Below the pieces are notes generated by a model. The model saw only the letters and a program-made list of their open reading frames with translations, had not been told where the DNA came from and did no database searches. A program made the position numbers and the translations under genes. From Kofleriaceae bacterium (GTDB lineage: Bacteria; Myxococcota_A; Polyangia; Haliangiales; Haliangiaceae), in assembly GCA_046597055.1 (NCBI GenBank), contig JBKJLC010000159.1, forward strand, positions 1 through 60,605: a DNA stretch of 60,605 bases, in the 5' to 3' direction. Each line of letters begins with the position of its first letter. Position 1 is the first letter of the stretch. Below, in pieces: positions 40,197 to 50,348 of this stretch.

Positions 40197-40874
40197 ATGT
40201 TCCACCTTCGCTCAGCCGCCGCACTCCTGATGGTCCTGGCTGCCTGCGGCGGCGGCGACTCGGCCCCGAACGATCCCACCGCGCCCGATGGTGCCACCGC
40301 GCCGGACGGCGCCACCGCGCCCGAGGACGCCGCGGTCGATGCCATCCCGGTCGACGCCATCCCGGTCGACGCCATCGCGCTCGATGCCCCCGCCGACAGC
40401 CGGCTTCCTGGCGTCCCCGACATCAGCGGGCAGTTCCTGCTCGCGATCGACCCGGAGATGACCGCGGGTCACGAGCCGAGCAGCTTCGCGCAGTTCGTCG
40501 TCACCTGGACCGTGACCCCGAGCGGGGCGCTCGCTGGCAGCTACCAGCCGCTGTGTGTCATCGACAGCTGCGCGCCGCGCCGGGGGCCAGTGGGCGCCCC
40601 GGTGGTCGCCAGCAGCGCCGAGCTGACCGTGACCGGGACGTTCGCCCAGCCGCTGACCGGCACGCTGCCGGCCGAGGCCAACCCGATCAGCGCCACCCTG
40701 TTCACGCTCGACGCGGTCCTGGTCGGCGCGATCCGGTCCCGCGAGCTGGTGTGCGGCACCGTGACCGGCACGGTCAACGGGATCGATCTCGCCGGCACCA
40801 CGTTCGCCGCCGTCCGCATCACCGACACCGCGCCGCTGAGCCTGCCGGCGCCGATGGCTGCCTGCCCGAACTGA
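40197..40874 (+). CDS. Hypothetical lipoprotein
   Basis: Lipobox LAAC; TAPDGA and VDAIP linker repeats; PDISGQFLLAI...CG.VTG...GTTFAA. Confidence 0.78.
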   Translation: MFHLRSAAALLMVLAACGGGDSAPNDPTAPDGATAPDGATAPEDAAVDAIPVDAIPVDAIALDAPADSRLPGVPDISGQFLLAIDPEMTAGHEPSSFAQFVVTWTVTPSGALAGSYQPLCVIDSCAPRRGPVGAPVVASSAELTVTGTFAQPLTGTLPAEANPISATLFTLDAVLVGAIRSRELVCGTVTGTVNGIDLAGTTFAAVRITDTAPLSLPAPMAACPN

Positions 40875-40960
40875 GCGCTGTGAGGGTCGAGCGCCCGGCG
40901 CCCTTGGCTGCGACGAGCTCGCCTCTCAGGCGTGGGTAGCATCCCCGCGCTTCGACGGCT

Positions 40961-41011
40961 GGCCCTTCGACTCCGGGCTCGCAACGAGCCCTTCGCTCAG
41001 GGACACCGGAA
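40961..41011 (+). repeat. Second copy of the REP-like unit
   Basis: 49/51 identical to 23843-23893; lies between convergent genes. Confidence 0.9.
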
Positions 41012-41105
41012 CGATGTGCGGGATCCTGAGCATCGCCCTTCGACCGGTCGGTCGCGGTCGGAGCTCGCGCCCGATCTATGCGGACCAGCGCCGCCTCGCT
41101 CGGGC

Positions 41106-41888
41106 TCAGCGGTAGGCGGCGCCGAGCGAGAGCGCCTGGCGCGCGGCGAGCCCGATCGCGGGATCGCGGTCCGCGGCCAGCCGCTCGACCCACGGCCGGG
41201 CGTCGACGGCGAGCGCGCGCAGCGTCCGGTGCGCGTCGTCGGCGCGGCCGACCCGCAGCAGCAGGCGTGCGCGCAGCGCGGTGAGATCGTGGGCGACCGG
41301 CGAGCCGGGCGCGGCGCCGGCCCGATCGAGCGCGACCAGCCCCCGCGCCGGCGCGCCGGCCCGGGCCGCGATCCGTGCCCGCGCCCAGGCGACCACCGCC
41401 ACGGTCGCGTCGGGGTCGAGCCCGCGGTCGATCCGCGCGGCCTCGGCGACGCGGCCGAGCTCCGACAGCGCCAGCGCGCGCAGGGCGTCGGCGCACGGGT
41501 CGCTGCGCAGGCGGGTCCCGACGTCGGAGGCGAGGAAGTCGACCACGGCGGCGGCGCGCGCCAGCACGTCGAGCTCGGCGTGCGCGATCAGGAGCGACCG
41601 CGCGGTCGCCGCGGTGTGCACGCTGCCGGCGCGGCGCTCGCGCGCGAACCGCTCCTCGAGCGCGCGCATCCGCGCCCAGGCCGCGCGTCCGGTCGCGACC
41701 TGGCCACGCCAGTCGCTGGCGCGCCGGCGCAGCCCGAAGTAGTCGACCGACATCGCGGCCGTGATCAGGGCCGCGAGCGCGGCCAAGAGCGGTGGCAGCA
41801 CCACCCACCACCCCGCGGCGAGGCTGCCGGCGACGGTGATCGCGGCCACCGCGATCACGCCAGCGACGACCGCGCGCCCGGGAGCCAT
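41106..41888 (-). CDS. Membrane protein with TPR-like helical domain
   Basis: Two N-terminal TM helices, Ala/Arg-rich helical repeats, C-terminal AAYR. Confidence 0.7.
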   Translation of the reverse strand: MAPGRAVVAGVIAVAAITVAGSLAAGWWVVLPPLLAALAALITAAMSVDYFGLRRRASDWRGQVATGRAAWARMRALEERFARERRAGSVHTAATARSLLIAHAELDVLARAAAVVDFLASDVGTRLRSDPCADALRALALSELGRVAEAARIDRGLDPDATVAVVAWARARIAARAGAPARGLVALDRAGAAPGSPVAHDLTALRARLLLRVGRADDAHRTLRALAVDARPWVERLAADRDPAIGLAARQALSLGAAYR

Positions 41889-42075
41889 GATCCCAAGCGT
41901 ACACGCGCCGGGCCGGGACGCGAGTCCGAAGCCGCGACCGGGTGCCTCCGCCCCCCCCGACGCGCCCGCGCCCGCCAGCACCGGTGCGCATCGACCGGCA
42001 CCCGTGGGAACCAACCACCACCGGTCGAGCCCGGCGGGGCCCGGCCGCCGGCGGACTGCAGGTATGGTAGGTCGC

Positions 42076-43260
42076 ATGCTGTCGGTCCAGGACGCCGCCG
42101 CGCGCACCCGCGCCCTCTGCCCGCTGCTGCCCTCCGAGGAGGTCGCGCTCGACAGTGCCGCCGGCCGGGTCCTGGCCGCCGACGTGGTCGCCGCTCGCCC
42201 GCTGCCCGGCTGCGACAGCTCGGCGATGGATGGCTTTGCCGTGCGCGCCGCCGACCTGCCCGGCACCCTGCCCGTGGTCGGGCAGAGCGCCGCCGGCCAC
42301 CTGCCCACCCCGCTCTCGCGCGGCGCCGCCATGCGCATCATGACCGGCGCCCCGCTGCCGATCGGGGCCGACACCGTCGTCATCTTCGAGGATGCGCAGG
42401 ATCATGGCGCCACCGTCACCCTGCCAGCGGCGCGCCCCGGCGCCCACGTCCGGCGCGCGGGTGAAGATCTCGCACCGGGCGACCTCGCGATCGCGGCCGG
42501 CACTCGCCTCGGCTGGGGCGAGATCGCGGCGTGCGCCGCGCTCGGCCACGCTCGGGTCCACGTGGCCCGCCGACCGCTGGTCGCGATCGTCGCGACCGGT
42601 GACGAGCTGGTCGATCTAGGCGAGATCCCATCGCCGCACCAGGTGATCGACTCGAGCGCCCACGCCCTGCGGGTGCAGGTCGGCGACGCTGGCGGCCACG
42701 CCCGCTACCTCGGTATCGCCCGCGACCGCGAGGAGGACGTGCGCGCGCTGATCGCCCGCGCGCTGGTGTGCGATGTCGTGCTCACCACCGGCGGCGTGTC
42801 GGCCGGCGATCACGATCACGTCCGCGCGGCCCTGGCCAACGCCGGCGTGACCCTCGACTTCTGGAAGGTCGCGATGAAGCCGGGCAAGCCGCTCGCGGTC
42901 GGCACCGCCGGCAGCACGGTGGTGTTCGCCCTGCCCGGCAACCCGGTGTCGTCGCTGGTCGCCTTCGAGCTCTTCGTGCGCCCGGCCCTGCTCGCGATGC
43001 AGGGCGTCCGCGACCCCGAGCGGCCCCGGGTGCCGGTGGTGCTGCCCGACGGGTACGCCAAGCCGGCCGGCCGTACCAGCTACCTGCGCGCGCGGGTCCA
43101 TCGCGACGGCGAGCGCCTGATCGCCACGCCGCTCGCCCGCCAGGGCTCGCACATGCTGTCGTCGCTGATCGGCGTCGACGCGCTGGTCGAGCTCGACGCC
43201 GCGTCCGAGGGCGCGCTTCCCGGCGCGACCGTGCCGGCGTTGCTGCTGCGCGCGGTATGA
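42076..43260 (+). CDS. moeA: Molybdopterin molybdotransferase MoeA
   Basis: SAMDGFAV, IMTGAPLP, TGDEL, TTGGVSAG, MKPGKP, LPGNPVS. Confidence 0.95.
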   Translation: MLSVQDAAARTRALCPLLPSEEVALDSAAGRVLAADVVAARPLPGCDSSAMDGFAVRAADLPGTLPVVGQSAAGHLPTPLSRGAAMRIMTGAPLPIGADTVVIFEDAQDHGATVTLPAARPGAHVRRAGEDLAPGDLAIAAGTRLGWGEIAACAALGHARVHVARRPLVAIVATGDELVDLGEIPSPHQVIDSSAHALRVQVGDAGGHARYLGIARDREEDVRALIARALVCDVVLTTGGVSAGDHDHVRAALANAGVTLDFWKVAMKPGKPLAVGTAGSTVVFALPGNPVSSLVAFELFVRPALLAMQGVRDPERPRVPVVLPDGYAKPAGRTSYLRARVHRDGERLIATPLARQGSHMLSSLIGVDALVELDAASEGALPGATVPALLLRAV

Positions 43261-43267
43261 TGCCGCC

Positions 43268-44188
43268 GTGACTGAACCGGTCGAGTCCAGCTTCGTCGTC
43301 GGTCCCGAAGAGCACGATCGGCTCGATCACATGCTCGCCCGTCGGTTTCCCGAGGCCAGCCGCCGCCGCCTGGCCGAGCTGTTCGCCGAGGGCGCGGTCC
43401 GGGTCAACGGCAAGATCGCCAAGAAGGGCGACCACGCCGCGCCCGGCGCCGAGGTCCGGGTCGGGCGCGCGCCGACGATGCCGGCCGATCTCAAGCCGGT
43501 CGCCGATCCGGCCGCCGCCGCCCGCCTGCAGGTGCTCTACACCGACGACGAGCTGCTGGTGGTCGCCAAGCCAGCCGGGATGCCGTCGCAGCCACTGCGC
43601 GCCGGCGAGCTCGGCACGGTCGCGTCGGGCGTGATCGCGCTCCACCCCGAGTGCGCGCTGGTCGCCGACGATCCGCGGGATGGCGGGCTGGTCCACCGGC
43701 TCGACATCGGCACCTCGGGCGTGCTGATCGCGGCCCGGACCCGCGCGGCCTGGATCGCCCTGCGCGCCGGGTTCTCGACCGGCGCGGTCACCAAGGAGTA
43801 CCTGGCCCTGGTCGAGACCACCCCGGTCTCGGTCGAGTGCGACGAGCCGCTGATCCAGCGCGGCGGACGGGTGGTCGTCGACCACACCGAGGGCCTGGTC
43901 GCCCACACCCGGTGGGAGGTCGTGCGCCGCCTCGGCGAGCGTCGGCTGCTCCGCTGCCACGCGACCACCGGCCGCATGCACCAGATCCGGGTCCACCTCG
44001 CGACCTGCGGCGCGCCCATCGTCGGCGACGAACTCTACGGCGGCCAGCCGTGCCCGGGTCTCGACGGCTTCTTCCTCCACGGTGCGCTGGTCCGCGTGCC
44101 GCACCCGCGCACCGGCGCGACGCTGACGATCGAGGCGCCGCTGCCGGCCGATCGCGAAGCGACGCTCGCCGCCCTGGCTGGCAGCTAG
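43268..44188 (+). CDS. RluA/RluD-family pseudouridine synthase with S4 domain
   Basis: RLDHML, VRVNG, KPAG, HRLDIGTSG, TGRMHQIRVH, GDELYG. Confidence 0.94.
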   Translation: MTEPVESSFVVGPEEHDRLDHMLARRFPEASRRRLAELFAEGAVRVNGKIAKKGDHAAPGAEVRVGRAPTMPADLKPVADPAAAARLQVLYTDDELLVVAKPAGMPSQPLRAGELGTVASGVIALHPECALVADDPRDGGLVHRLDIGTSGVLIAARTRAAWIALRAGFSTGAVTKEYLALVETTPVSVECDEPLIQRGGRVVVDHTEGLVAHTRWEVVRRLGERRLLRCHATTGRMHQIRVHLATCGAPIVGDELYGGQPCPGLDGFFLHGALVRVPHPRTGATLTIEAPLPADREATLAALAGS

Positions 44189-46557
44189 ATCATCGCGGTG
44201 CGCAGCAGCTCGCTCTGCTGCAGCAGGATCAACAGGCGCGCGACGCGGCGCTGCGCGGCCGGATCGTAGGACTCGGTCACGAGCTGACTGACCGTGTGCT
44301 TGCCGTCGAGCCGCTGATAGAGCGCCGGCAGGCCGGTGACCTCGAAGCGCTCGATCTCGACGGACGGTCGACCGCGCGGCTTGATCAGCGTGTACGACGC
44401 ATGATCCTGCAGCCACGCGTTCACGGTGTCGTCGCGCATCGCCAGCGCGCCGGCGCCGAGCACCTCGAACGGGTTGAGGTCGAGCGGGAACGCGCTGCGC
44501 TGGTTCTCGCGGCCCTCGTACCAGGCGAACGCGCCCTTGGTCCACGTGCACACGTCGATCAGCTTCTGGCGCACCTGGTAGGTCAGGTGGCGGAAGACCT
44601 CGAGCGGCTTGAGCAGGCCGAGGCCGACCAAGGTGTCGCCGAGCTTGCCGCCGTAGTGCGGCATCATCGCGAGCGCCATCGCCAGCTCGCCGGCCGACAG
44701 CGCGCCCTGCGCGACCAGGTAGTGGCCGAGCAGCTCGCTCGCCATGTTGGAGGTCACGTACTCGGCGACGCCGCCGCGGAGGTAGACCTCCTTCTTGATG
44801 CCACCGACCGCGGCGGTGAACAGGCCCGTCGAGCGCGCGGCCGCCAGGCGGTACAGGAGCGTGATCGGCGCGGTCTGGGCGAAGTCACCGGCCAGGGTCG
44901 GCGGCGCGGCGATCTCGCCCAGCGTCGGCGGATCGCGGCGGCCCGCGGCGTCGACGAGCTCGGCCGCGGTCGGCAGCCGGACCGAGCGCGACCGGCGCGC
45001 GTTGTCCTCGAGCAGCGACTCGTCGAAGTCGAGGGCCGGCAGGTCGGGCTCGACCGGCGCCAGGGACGAGATCGCGTCGGCGATCGAGCCGTAGCGGACC
45101 GCCTGTTCGAGCTCGTGGATGCCCGACGGCAGCGGCGCCGACAGCTGCTGTGCGACCGCCTCGATGTCCTCGCCGGGCTCGCCGAGCTGGGTCTCGAGGA
45201 AGCCGGCGGCCGACCGGGTCGCCTTGGCCGCGACCGCGAACCGGCGGTTGCCATCCTCGGTGCTCACCTTGGCAGGCACCACCAGTGCCACCGGCCCCAG
45301 CTCGAGCTCGCCCGAGTCGCCCAGCTCGAGGCCGTCGAGCTCGACGTCGAGGCTGTCGTCCACGGGGAGCGTGGTCGGCGCCCGCCGCGGCGGCGGCGGC
45401 GCGATCGGCTCCGGGTGCTCGATCGACAGGTACGGCAGGCTCTCGCCGATGTGCAGGTCACCGCCGGGGATGCCGTCGGGCGGCCCGGTGTCGAGGCGCC
45501 CCGCGGCGGTGGCCGCGACCTGGTCGACCGCGAGCTGGTTGTTCGACGACTCGAGCGCCGCCTGCTCGGCCGCGTTCTGCGCCAGCGACTCGCGCCGCCG
45601 CTTCCACGCCTCGTCGTGCAGCGAGTCGACCAGCTCGGCGATCTGCTTGGGCCCGACCCGCTTGCGCTCGTCAAACATCCACTCGGCGAGCGCGTCGCGC
45701 ATCTCGGCGGCGGTCGACCAGCGCTCGTTGGGATCCTTCTTCAGCGCCTTGCGCAGGTGGCGGTCGAGCGACGGTGGGATGTGACCCCCGAACTGATCGA
45801 GCCGCGCCAGCTTGGCGTCGCGCACCATCAGCAGCACGTCGATCTCGGCCGACGCGGCGAACAGGCGCCGGCCGCACAGCATCTCGGCCAGCACCACGCC
45901 GACCGAGAACAGATCGCTGCGGGCGTCGACCGGCTGCTCGATCACCTGCTCGGGTGACATGTAGCCGTACTTGCCCTTGAGCGTCCCGGTCTTGGTCCGG
46001 TGATGGCGCCCGGGCCCCGACGCCCGCGCGATGCCGAAGTCGACCAGCTTCACGTCGCCGCGCCGGGACAGCAGCACGTTCGATGGCGAGATGTCGCGGT
46101 GGACGATGCCGAGCGAGTTGCCGTGCTCGTCCTTCAGGTTGTGGGCGAAGTCGAGCGCGTCGAGGACCTCGTGGCAGATCCACACCGCGTGGTCGGTGTC
46201 GACCCGCCGGCGCATCCACGCCATCTCGCGCAGCATCGCCAGGATGTCGATGCCCTCGACGAACTCCATCGCGATGAACAGCTCGGTACCGACCTTGCCG
46301 AGCTCGTAGGTCTGCGCGATCTTGGGGTGGGCGCCGAGGCGAGCGGTGAGCTTGGCCTCGTCGATGAACATCGCCGTGTAGACCGCCTCCCCGGTCAGGT
46401 GCGGCAACAGGCGCTTGATCACGACCTTGCGCTGGAAGCCGTGCTCACCGGGAGCAGTCGCAAGGAACAGCTCCGCCATCCCTCCGATCGCGATGCGTTC
46501 GACCAGGGTGTAGCGCCCGAATGCGGAAGACGAGGCTTCTCCCACCGATACCGTCAC
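44185..46557 (-). CDS. Ser/Thr protein kinase with a C-terminal DUF4388/PATAN-like domain
   Basis: GGMAELF, VIKR, HRDISPSN, DFG, YMSPE; C-terminal LAAARSTG...KEVYLRGG and LGDTLVGLG motifs; no TM segment. Confidence 0.93.
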   Translation of the reverse strand: MTVSVGEASSSAFGRYTLVERIAIGGMAELFLATAPGEHGFQRKVVIKRLLPHLTGEAVYTAMFIDEAKLTARLGAHPKIAQTYELGKVGTELFIAMEFVEGIDILAMLREMAWMRRRVDTDHAVWICHEVLDALDFAHNLKDEHGNSLGIVHRDISPSNVLLSRRGDVKLVDFGIARASGPGRHHRTKTGTLKGKYGYMSPEQVIEQPVDARSDLFSVGVVLAEMLCGRRLFAASAEIDVLLMVRDAKLARLDQFGGHIPPSLDRHLRKALKKDPNERWSTAAEMRDALAEWMFDERKRVGPKQIAELVDSLHDEAWKRRRESLAQNAAEQAALESSNNQLAVDQVAATAAGRLDTGPPDGIPGGDLHIGESLPYLSIEHPEPIAPPPPRRAPTTLPVDDSLDVELDGLELGDSGELELGPVALVVPAKVSTEDGNRRFAVAAKATRSAAGFLETQLGEPGEDIEAVAQQLSAPLPSGIHELEQAVRYGSIADAISSLAPVEPDLPALDFDESLLEDNARRSRSVRLPTAAELVDAAGRRDPPTLGEIAAPPTLAGDFAQTAPITLLYRLAAARSTGLFTAAVGGIKKEVYLRGGVAEYVTSNMASELLGHYLVAQGALSAGELAMALAMMPHYGGKLGDTLVGLGLLKPLEVFRHLTYQVRQKLIDVCTWTKGAFAWYEGRENQRSAFPLDLNPFEVLGAGALAMRDDTVNAWLQDHASYTLIKPRGRPSVEIERFEVTGLPALYQRLDGKHTVSQLVTESYDPAAQRRVARLLILLQQSELLRTAMI

Positions 46558-46596
46558 AGTGTAACCTGACCAGCGGGGCCACGGATCCGCCGCGGC

Positions 46597-47427
46597 TCAG
46601 GATCCACGGCGGATGATGCCCAGCCCAGCGCGGGCATACGCGTGGGCCAGCGCGCTGTCGAAGCGATCGAAGTCGCGCAGGCTCACCGGCTGGGCGCCGG
46701 CCAGCGAGCGCCAGCGCCCGGCGACCTCGGGTGCCAGGCCGACCACGATGACATCGAGCGGGGCCAGCCGCGGGTGCGCGAGCAGCCGCCCGACCGACGT
46801 CAGGACCGGAAGCGCCTCGCCATCGGCCAGGCCGGTCGCGTCGATCAGGAGCGAGGCCGCGCCGACCCGGACCACCAGCAGCATGGCGCGTCCGAACACG
46901 CTGTCGAGCACGTCGCTGGGCGGGGCCCCGACCAGGAACACTGCGGGAATCTCGGGGGTCAGGAACAGGACCGGCGTGCCGGCCTCGAGCTGCTCGGCGG
47001 CCTGCTCGGTGGCCGCGCGCTTGCCGGCGCTGGCGAACGCATCGAGCGCCAGGATCGACAGCCACTCGAACAGCGTGACGATCGCGTCGCGAAGCTCGAT
47101 GTCGGTGTGCTCGAGGACGGCGTCGCGCAGCGCCAGGAACAGGGCGCCGACCTCGAAGCCGGTTGCGGGGCCCGACGCGAAGGAGGCGCCGGCGAACGCG
47201 GTCGCCTTTTCGAGGTCGCGGAGCGCGGGTGAACCGGGGCGGAGCTGGTCAGGGCCGGCGGCGACCGCGAACGCGAGCGCCTCGACCAGTCCCTTGACGA
47301 ACCCGACGTGCTCGCGGGCGGGCTGCGCGGCCGGACCGCGCATCCCCGACCGATCGAACCGATGGCTCCAGCTGGCCACGACCGAGTCGCGGGTGACCGT
47401 CAGCGCGTGGGCCAGGCGCGTACTCAC
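46597..47427 (-). CDS. RsbR-like protein (helical N-domain + degenerate STAS)
   Basis: LALRDAV helical domain, then TPVLFL, LLIDATGL and IVVGLAPEVA STAS-like motifs. Confidence 0.65.
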   Translation of the reverse strand: MSTRLAHALTVTRDSVVASWSHRFDRSGMRGPAAQPAREHVGFVKGLVEALAFAVAAGPDQLRPGSPALRDLEKATAFAGASFASGPATGFEVGALFLALRDAVLEHTDIELRDAIVTLFEWLSILALDAFASAGKRAATEQAAEQLEAGTPVLFLTPEIPAVFLVGAPPSDVLDSVFGRAMLLVVRVGAASLLIDATGLADGEALPVLTSVGRLLAHPRLAPLDVIVVGLAPEVAGRWRSLAGAQPVSLRDFDRFDSALAHAYARAGLGIIRRGS

Positions 47428-47543
47428 TCATTAGAAGCTACACCGGGGCACCCGCTCACGCGAGGCCGCCGTCGCGCGGCGCCCCGCGTTGCTGGTAAGC
47501 TCGGCCTCATGCACGACCGTCCAGGCGCCCCGGGGGGGGAGCC

Positions 47544-48335
47544 GTGACCCGCCGCCCGCTCATGCGTACCACGTCGGTGGCGGTCACCGACCCGGGGCGC
47601 AAGCGCGCGATCAACGAAGACGCGCTGTTCCGCGACGACGCGATGGGCTTCTACGTCATCGCCGACGGGGTCGGTGGTCACAACAAGGGCGAGGTCGCGA
47701 GCCGCGAGTGCATCGACCAGCTCCACATGTGGGTGCGCGGCGCCAAGCCGTTCCTCGACACGCTGGTCAAGCGGTGCGAGGACGGCGACAGCGACGCCAA
47801 CTGGGAGATCCGCCGACTGCTCGAGAGCGGCGTCCAGTCGGCCTGTTACATGGTCTTCGGCATGGCCGAGCTGTCGCCCGACAAGCGCGGCATGTCGACC
47901 ACCTGCTCGGCGATGCTGATCCGCGGTGGGTATGCGTTCGCCGCCCACGTCGGCGACAGCCGCGTCTACCGGATCCGGCGCCGGGCCGTGCTGCAGATCA
48001 CCGAGGATCACACCCTCATCAACTACAAGCTGAAGCACGGCCTGATCACCGCCGAGGAGGCCGAGCGGTCGTCGGCCAAGAACGTCATCACCCGCGCGGT
48101 CGGCCACAAGGACTATGTCCAGGTCGACACCGCCGACGTCGACGTTGCCCCCGGCGACCGCTTCATGATGTGTACCGACGGCCTGCACGGCTACCTGAAG
48201 AACGACGACGAGGTGATCGAGCTGTGCGCCGACGACCCGATCGACGCTGGCGCGCACGCCGCGATCGACCTGGCCAACTCCCGCGGCGGCCGTGACAACA
48301 TCACCGTGATCGTCGTCGAGGCCACCGAGATCTAG
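47544..48335 (+). CDS. PP2C-family Ser/Thr phosphatase (Stp1/PrpC-like)
   Basis: GRKRAINED, ADGVGGH, HVGDSR, TEDH, ITRAVG, CTDGL, GGRDNIT. Confidence 0.95.
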   Translation: MTRRPLMRTTSVAVTDPGRKRAINEDALFRDDAMGFYVIADGVGGHNKGEVASRECIDQLHMWVRGAKPFLDTLVKRCEDGDSDANWEIRRLLESGVQSACYMVFGMAELSPDKRGMSTTCSAMLIRGGYAFAAHVGDSRVYRIRRRAVLQITEDHTLINYKLKHGLITAEEAERSSAKNVITRAVGHKDYVQVDTADVDVAPGDRFMMCTDGLHGYLKNDDEVIELCADDPIDAGAHAAIDLANSRGGRDNITVIVVEATEI

Positions 48336-48437
48336 CGTTCCCGGCGCGCGCCCTGCGCTCGCGAGGAATTCCGGGCCCCGGTGGCGGGTTCGATTCATGA
48401 AACCGCCAGGGCGCTCGTGCGTCCAAGCTTCACCCGC

Positions 48438-50315
48438 ATGGCCGCGCCCGTACCCCTGCCCCGCCCCCGCTGGCTGCGCGCCACGATCGCCCTGGCGCTG
48501 ATCCTCGGCGCGGTCTGGTGGTGGCAACGCGACGACAGCAACCGCACCGGACCGAGCCCGGCCGCGGCGCGGGTCCGGCCCGGGTTCCCGTCATCGATGA
48601 CGTTCGCGGACGGGAAGTGGCAGCGGCGCCGGCGCGGGCTGGGCCCGATCGCGGTGGCGCCGCCGGGACCCGGCCTGGTCCGGGTCAGCGGGACCGTGGT
48701 CGACGCCAACGCTGGCACGCCGGTGCCCGACGTCGAGGTGGTGTTCGCCGACGGCACCAGCGAGGCCAGCGCGACCACCGATCTGGCGGGTCGCTATCTG
48801 ATCGATGTGCCGGTCGGGCAGTATCGGCCGTTCGTTCGGGCCGACGGCATCCTGTCGGTGGGCCGGGTCATGTTCGATCGCCTGCCGACCCGGCCGCGCC
48901 CCGATCAGATCGCGGCGTCGCGGCTCGAGATCGCGCCGGCGCTCGTGGTCAGCCGTGACCTTGGCGGGGTCGATCTCGAGGTGGTGCGCTCGGGCGTCGT
49001 CCGCGGCCGGGTGGTCGATCCTACCGGCAAGCCGGTGGCCGGCGCGATGGTGCGCGCGTCGGGCGAAGATCGCCGCACGCTGCGGCCGGTGCTCGGCACC
49101 GACTCCGCCGAGACCGCGCTCGACGGCAGCTTCCAGCTCGAGCTGGCCGCGGCCAGCTACGTGCTCGAGGCGTTCCACGACGACTACGGCGCGTCCCAGG
49201 TCACCGGGGCGATCGAGGTCGAAGCGGGCGCGCGCGCGGACGTCGACATCACGATGATCGCCGGCTGCGTGATCACCGGCCGGGTCGTGCGCCGGGGCGG
49301 CGAGCCGGCCGGCGACGGCGCGATCGAGCGGGCCTGGTCAACCGACGCCGCCGACTCGTTCTTTCCGGCCGGCGACTTCGACGACGAGGGCAACTTCCGG
49401 TGGACGACCGCCGAGGTCGGCGAGGTCGTGCTGCGCGCGTGGCCGTGGAAGGCGACCCACTCCGAGCCGCGCCGATTCACCTGCACCGACGGGGCCCGGT
49501 TCGCCAACGTGGTGTTCGAGATCCCGCGCGTCGAGGCCGACCTGGGCGGCCGCATCGTCACCGCCACGGGCGCCCCGGCCGCCTACGCCTACCTCGACAT
49601 CACCGGCGTGTCGGCCGGAACGATGAACCAGCAGGAGCGCGCGGACGGCGAAGGCCGCTGGGAGGTGTTCTCGCTGCCGCCCGGCCAGTACCAGGTCACC
49701 GCCTACGTCGAGGGCCAGGGCGCGACCACCACCGTGGTGACCGCGCCGGGGCGCGATCACACCCTGCGGCTCGCCGGCACCGGCACCCTGACCGGCCAGG
49801 TGAAGGGCGTCACCGACGGCAGCTTCCGGCTCGCGACCCTGATGTGCCACCAGGACGGCCACCAGGTCGTCACGCTCGCCCAGCACCTGGTCATCGTGCG
49901 CGGCGGCAGCTATCGGCTCGACGGCCTGCCGGCCTGCGACCTCACCGTCGAGGCCAGCACCCCGTCGCGGCGTCGCCGCGCCACCGTCTCGATCGCCAGC
50001 GGCGCGATCGCCACGCTCGACCTCGATCTCCAGGCCCCCGAGACCAAGACGATCCAGGGCACTGTCCGGAACCCGGACGGCACCCCGGCGCCGGGCGCGC
50101 AGGCCACCGTGCTGCGCCCGGTCGATGGCAACGACGTCGACCTGATCGAGGAGGCCGTGGCCGACGGCAGCGGCCGGTTCACGGTGACCGCGCGCGGCGG
50201 CGACGTGGTGATCCTGAACGGCGCGACCGGCGCCGGGCAGATCCAGGTGGCCGACGACGATCCCGCGACCCGGATCGTCGAGGTCACGCTCGAGGGCCCG
50301 GACGACGACTTCTGA
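48438..50315 (+). CDS. Membrane-anchored protein with carboxypeptidase-regulatory-like repeats
   Basis: N-terminal TM helix; repeated G.VVD..G.PV.GA.V and LPPGQYQV modules. Confidence 0.85.
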   Translation: MAAPVPLPRPRWLRATIALALILGAVWWWQRDDSNRTGPSPAAARVRPGFPSSMTFADGKWQRRRRGLGPIAVAPPGPGLVRVSGTVVDANAGTPVPDVEVVFADGTSEASATTDLAGRYLIDVPVGQYRPFVRADGILSVGRVMFDRLPTRPRPDQIAASRLEIAPALVVSRDLGGVDLEVVRSGVVRGRVVDPTGKPVAGAMVRASGEDRRTLRPVLGTDSAETALDGSFQLELAAASYVLEAFHDDYGASQVTGAIEVEAGARADVDITMIAGCVITGRVVRRGGEPAGDGAIERAWSTDAADSFFPAGDFDDEGNFRWTTAEVGEVVLRAWPWKATHSEPRRFTCTDGARFANVVFEIPRVEADLGGRIVTATGAPAAYAYLDITGVSAGTMNQQERADGEGRWEVFSLPPGQYQVTAYVEGQGATTTVVTAPGRDHTLRLAGTGTLTGQVKGVTDGSFRLATLMCHQDGHQVVTLAQHLVIVRGGSYRLDGLPACDLTVEASTPSRRRRATVSIASGAIATLDLDLQAPETKTIQGTVRNPDGTPAPGAQATVLRPVDGNDVDLIEEAVADGSGRFTVTARGGDVVILNGATGAGQIQVADDDPATRIVEVTLEGPDDDF

Positions 50316-50348
50316 TCGCGCACCGAGCGCCCGCGACCGCGGCGCGCG

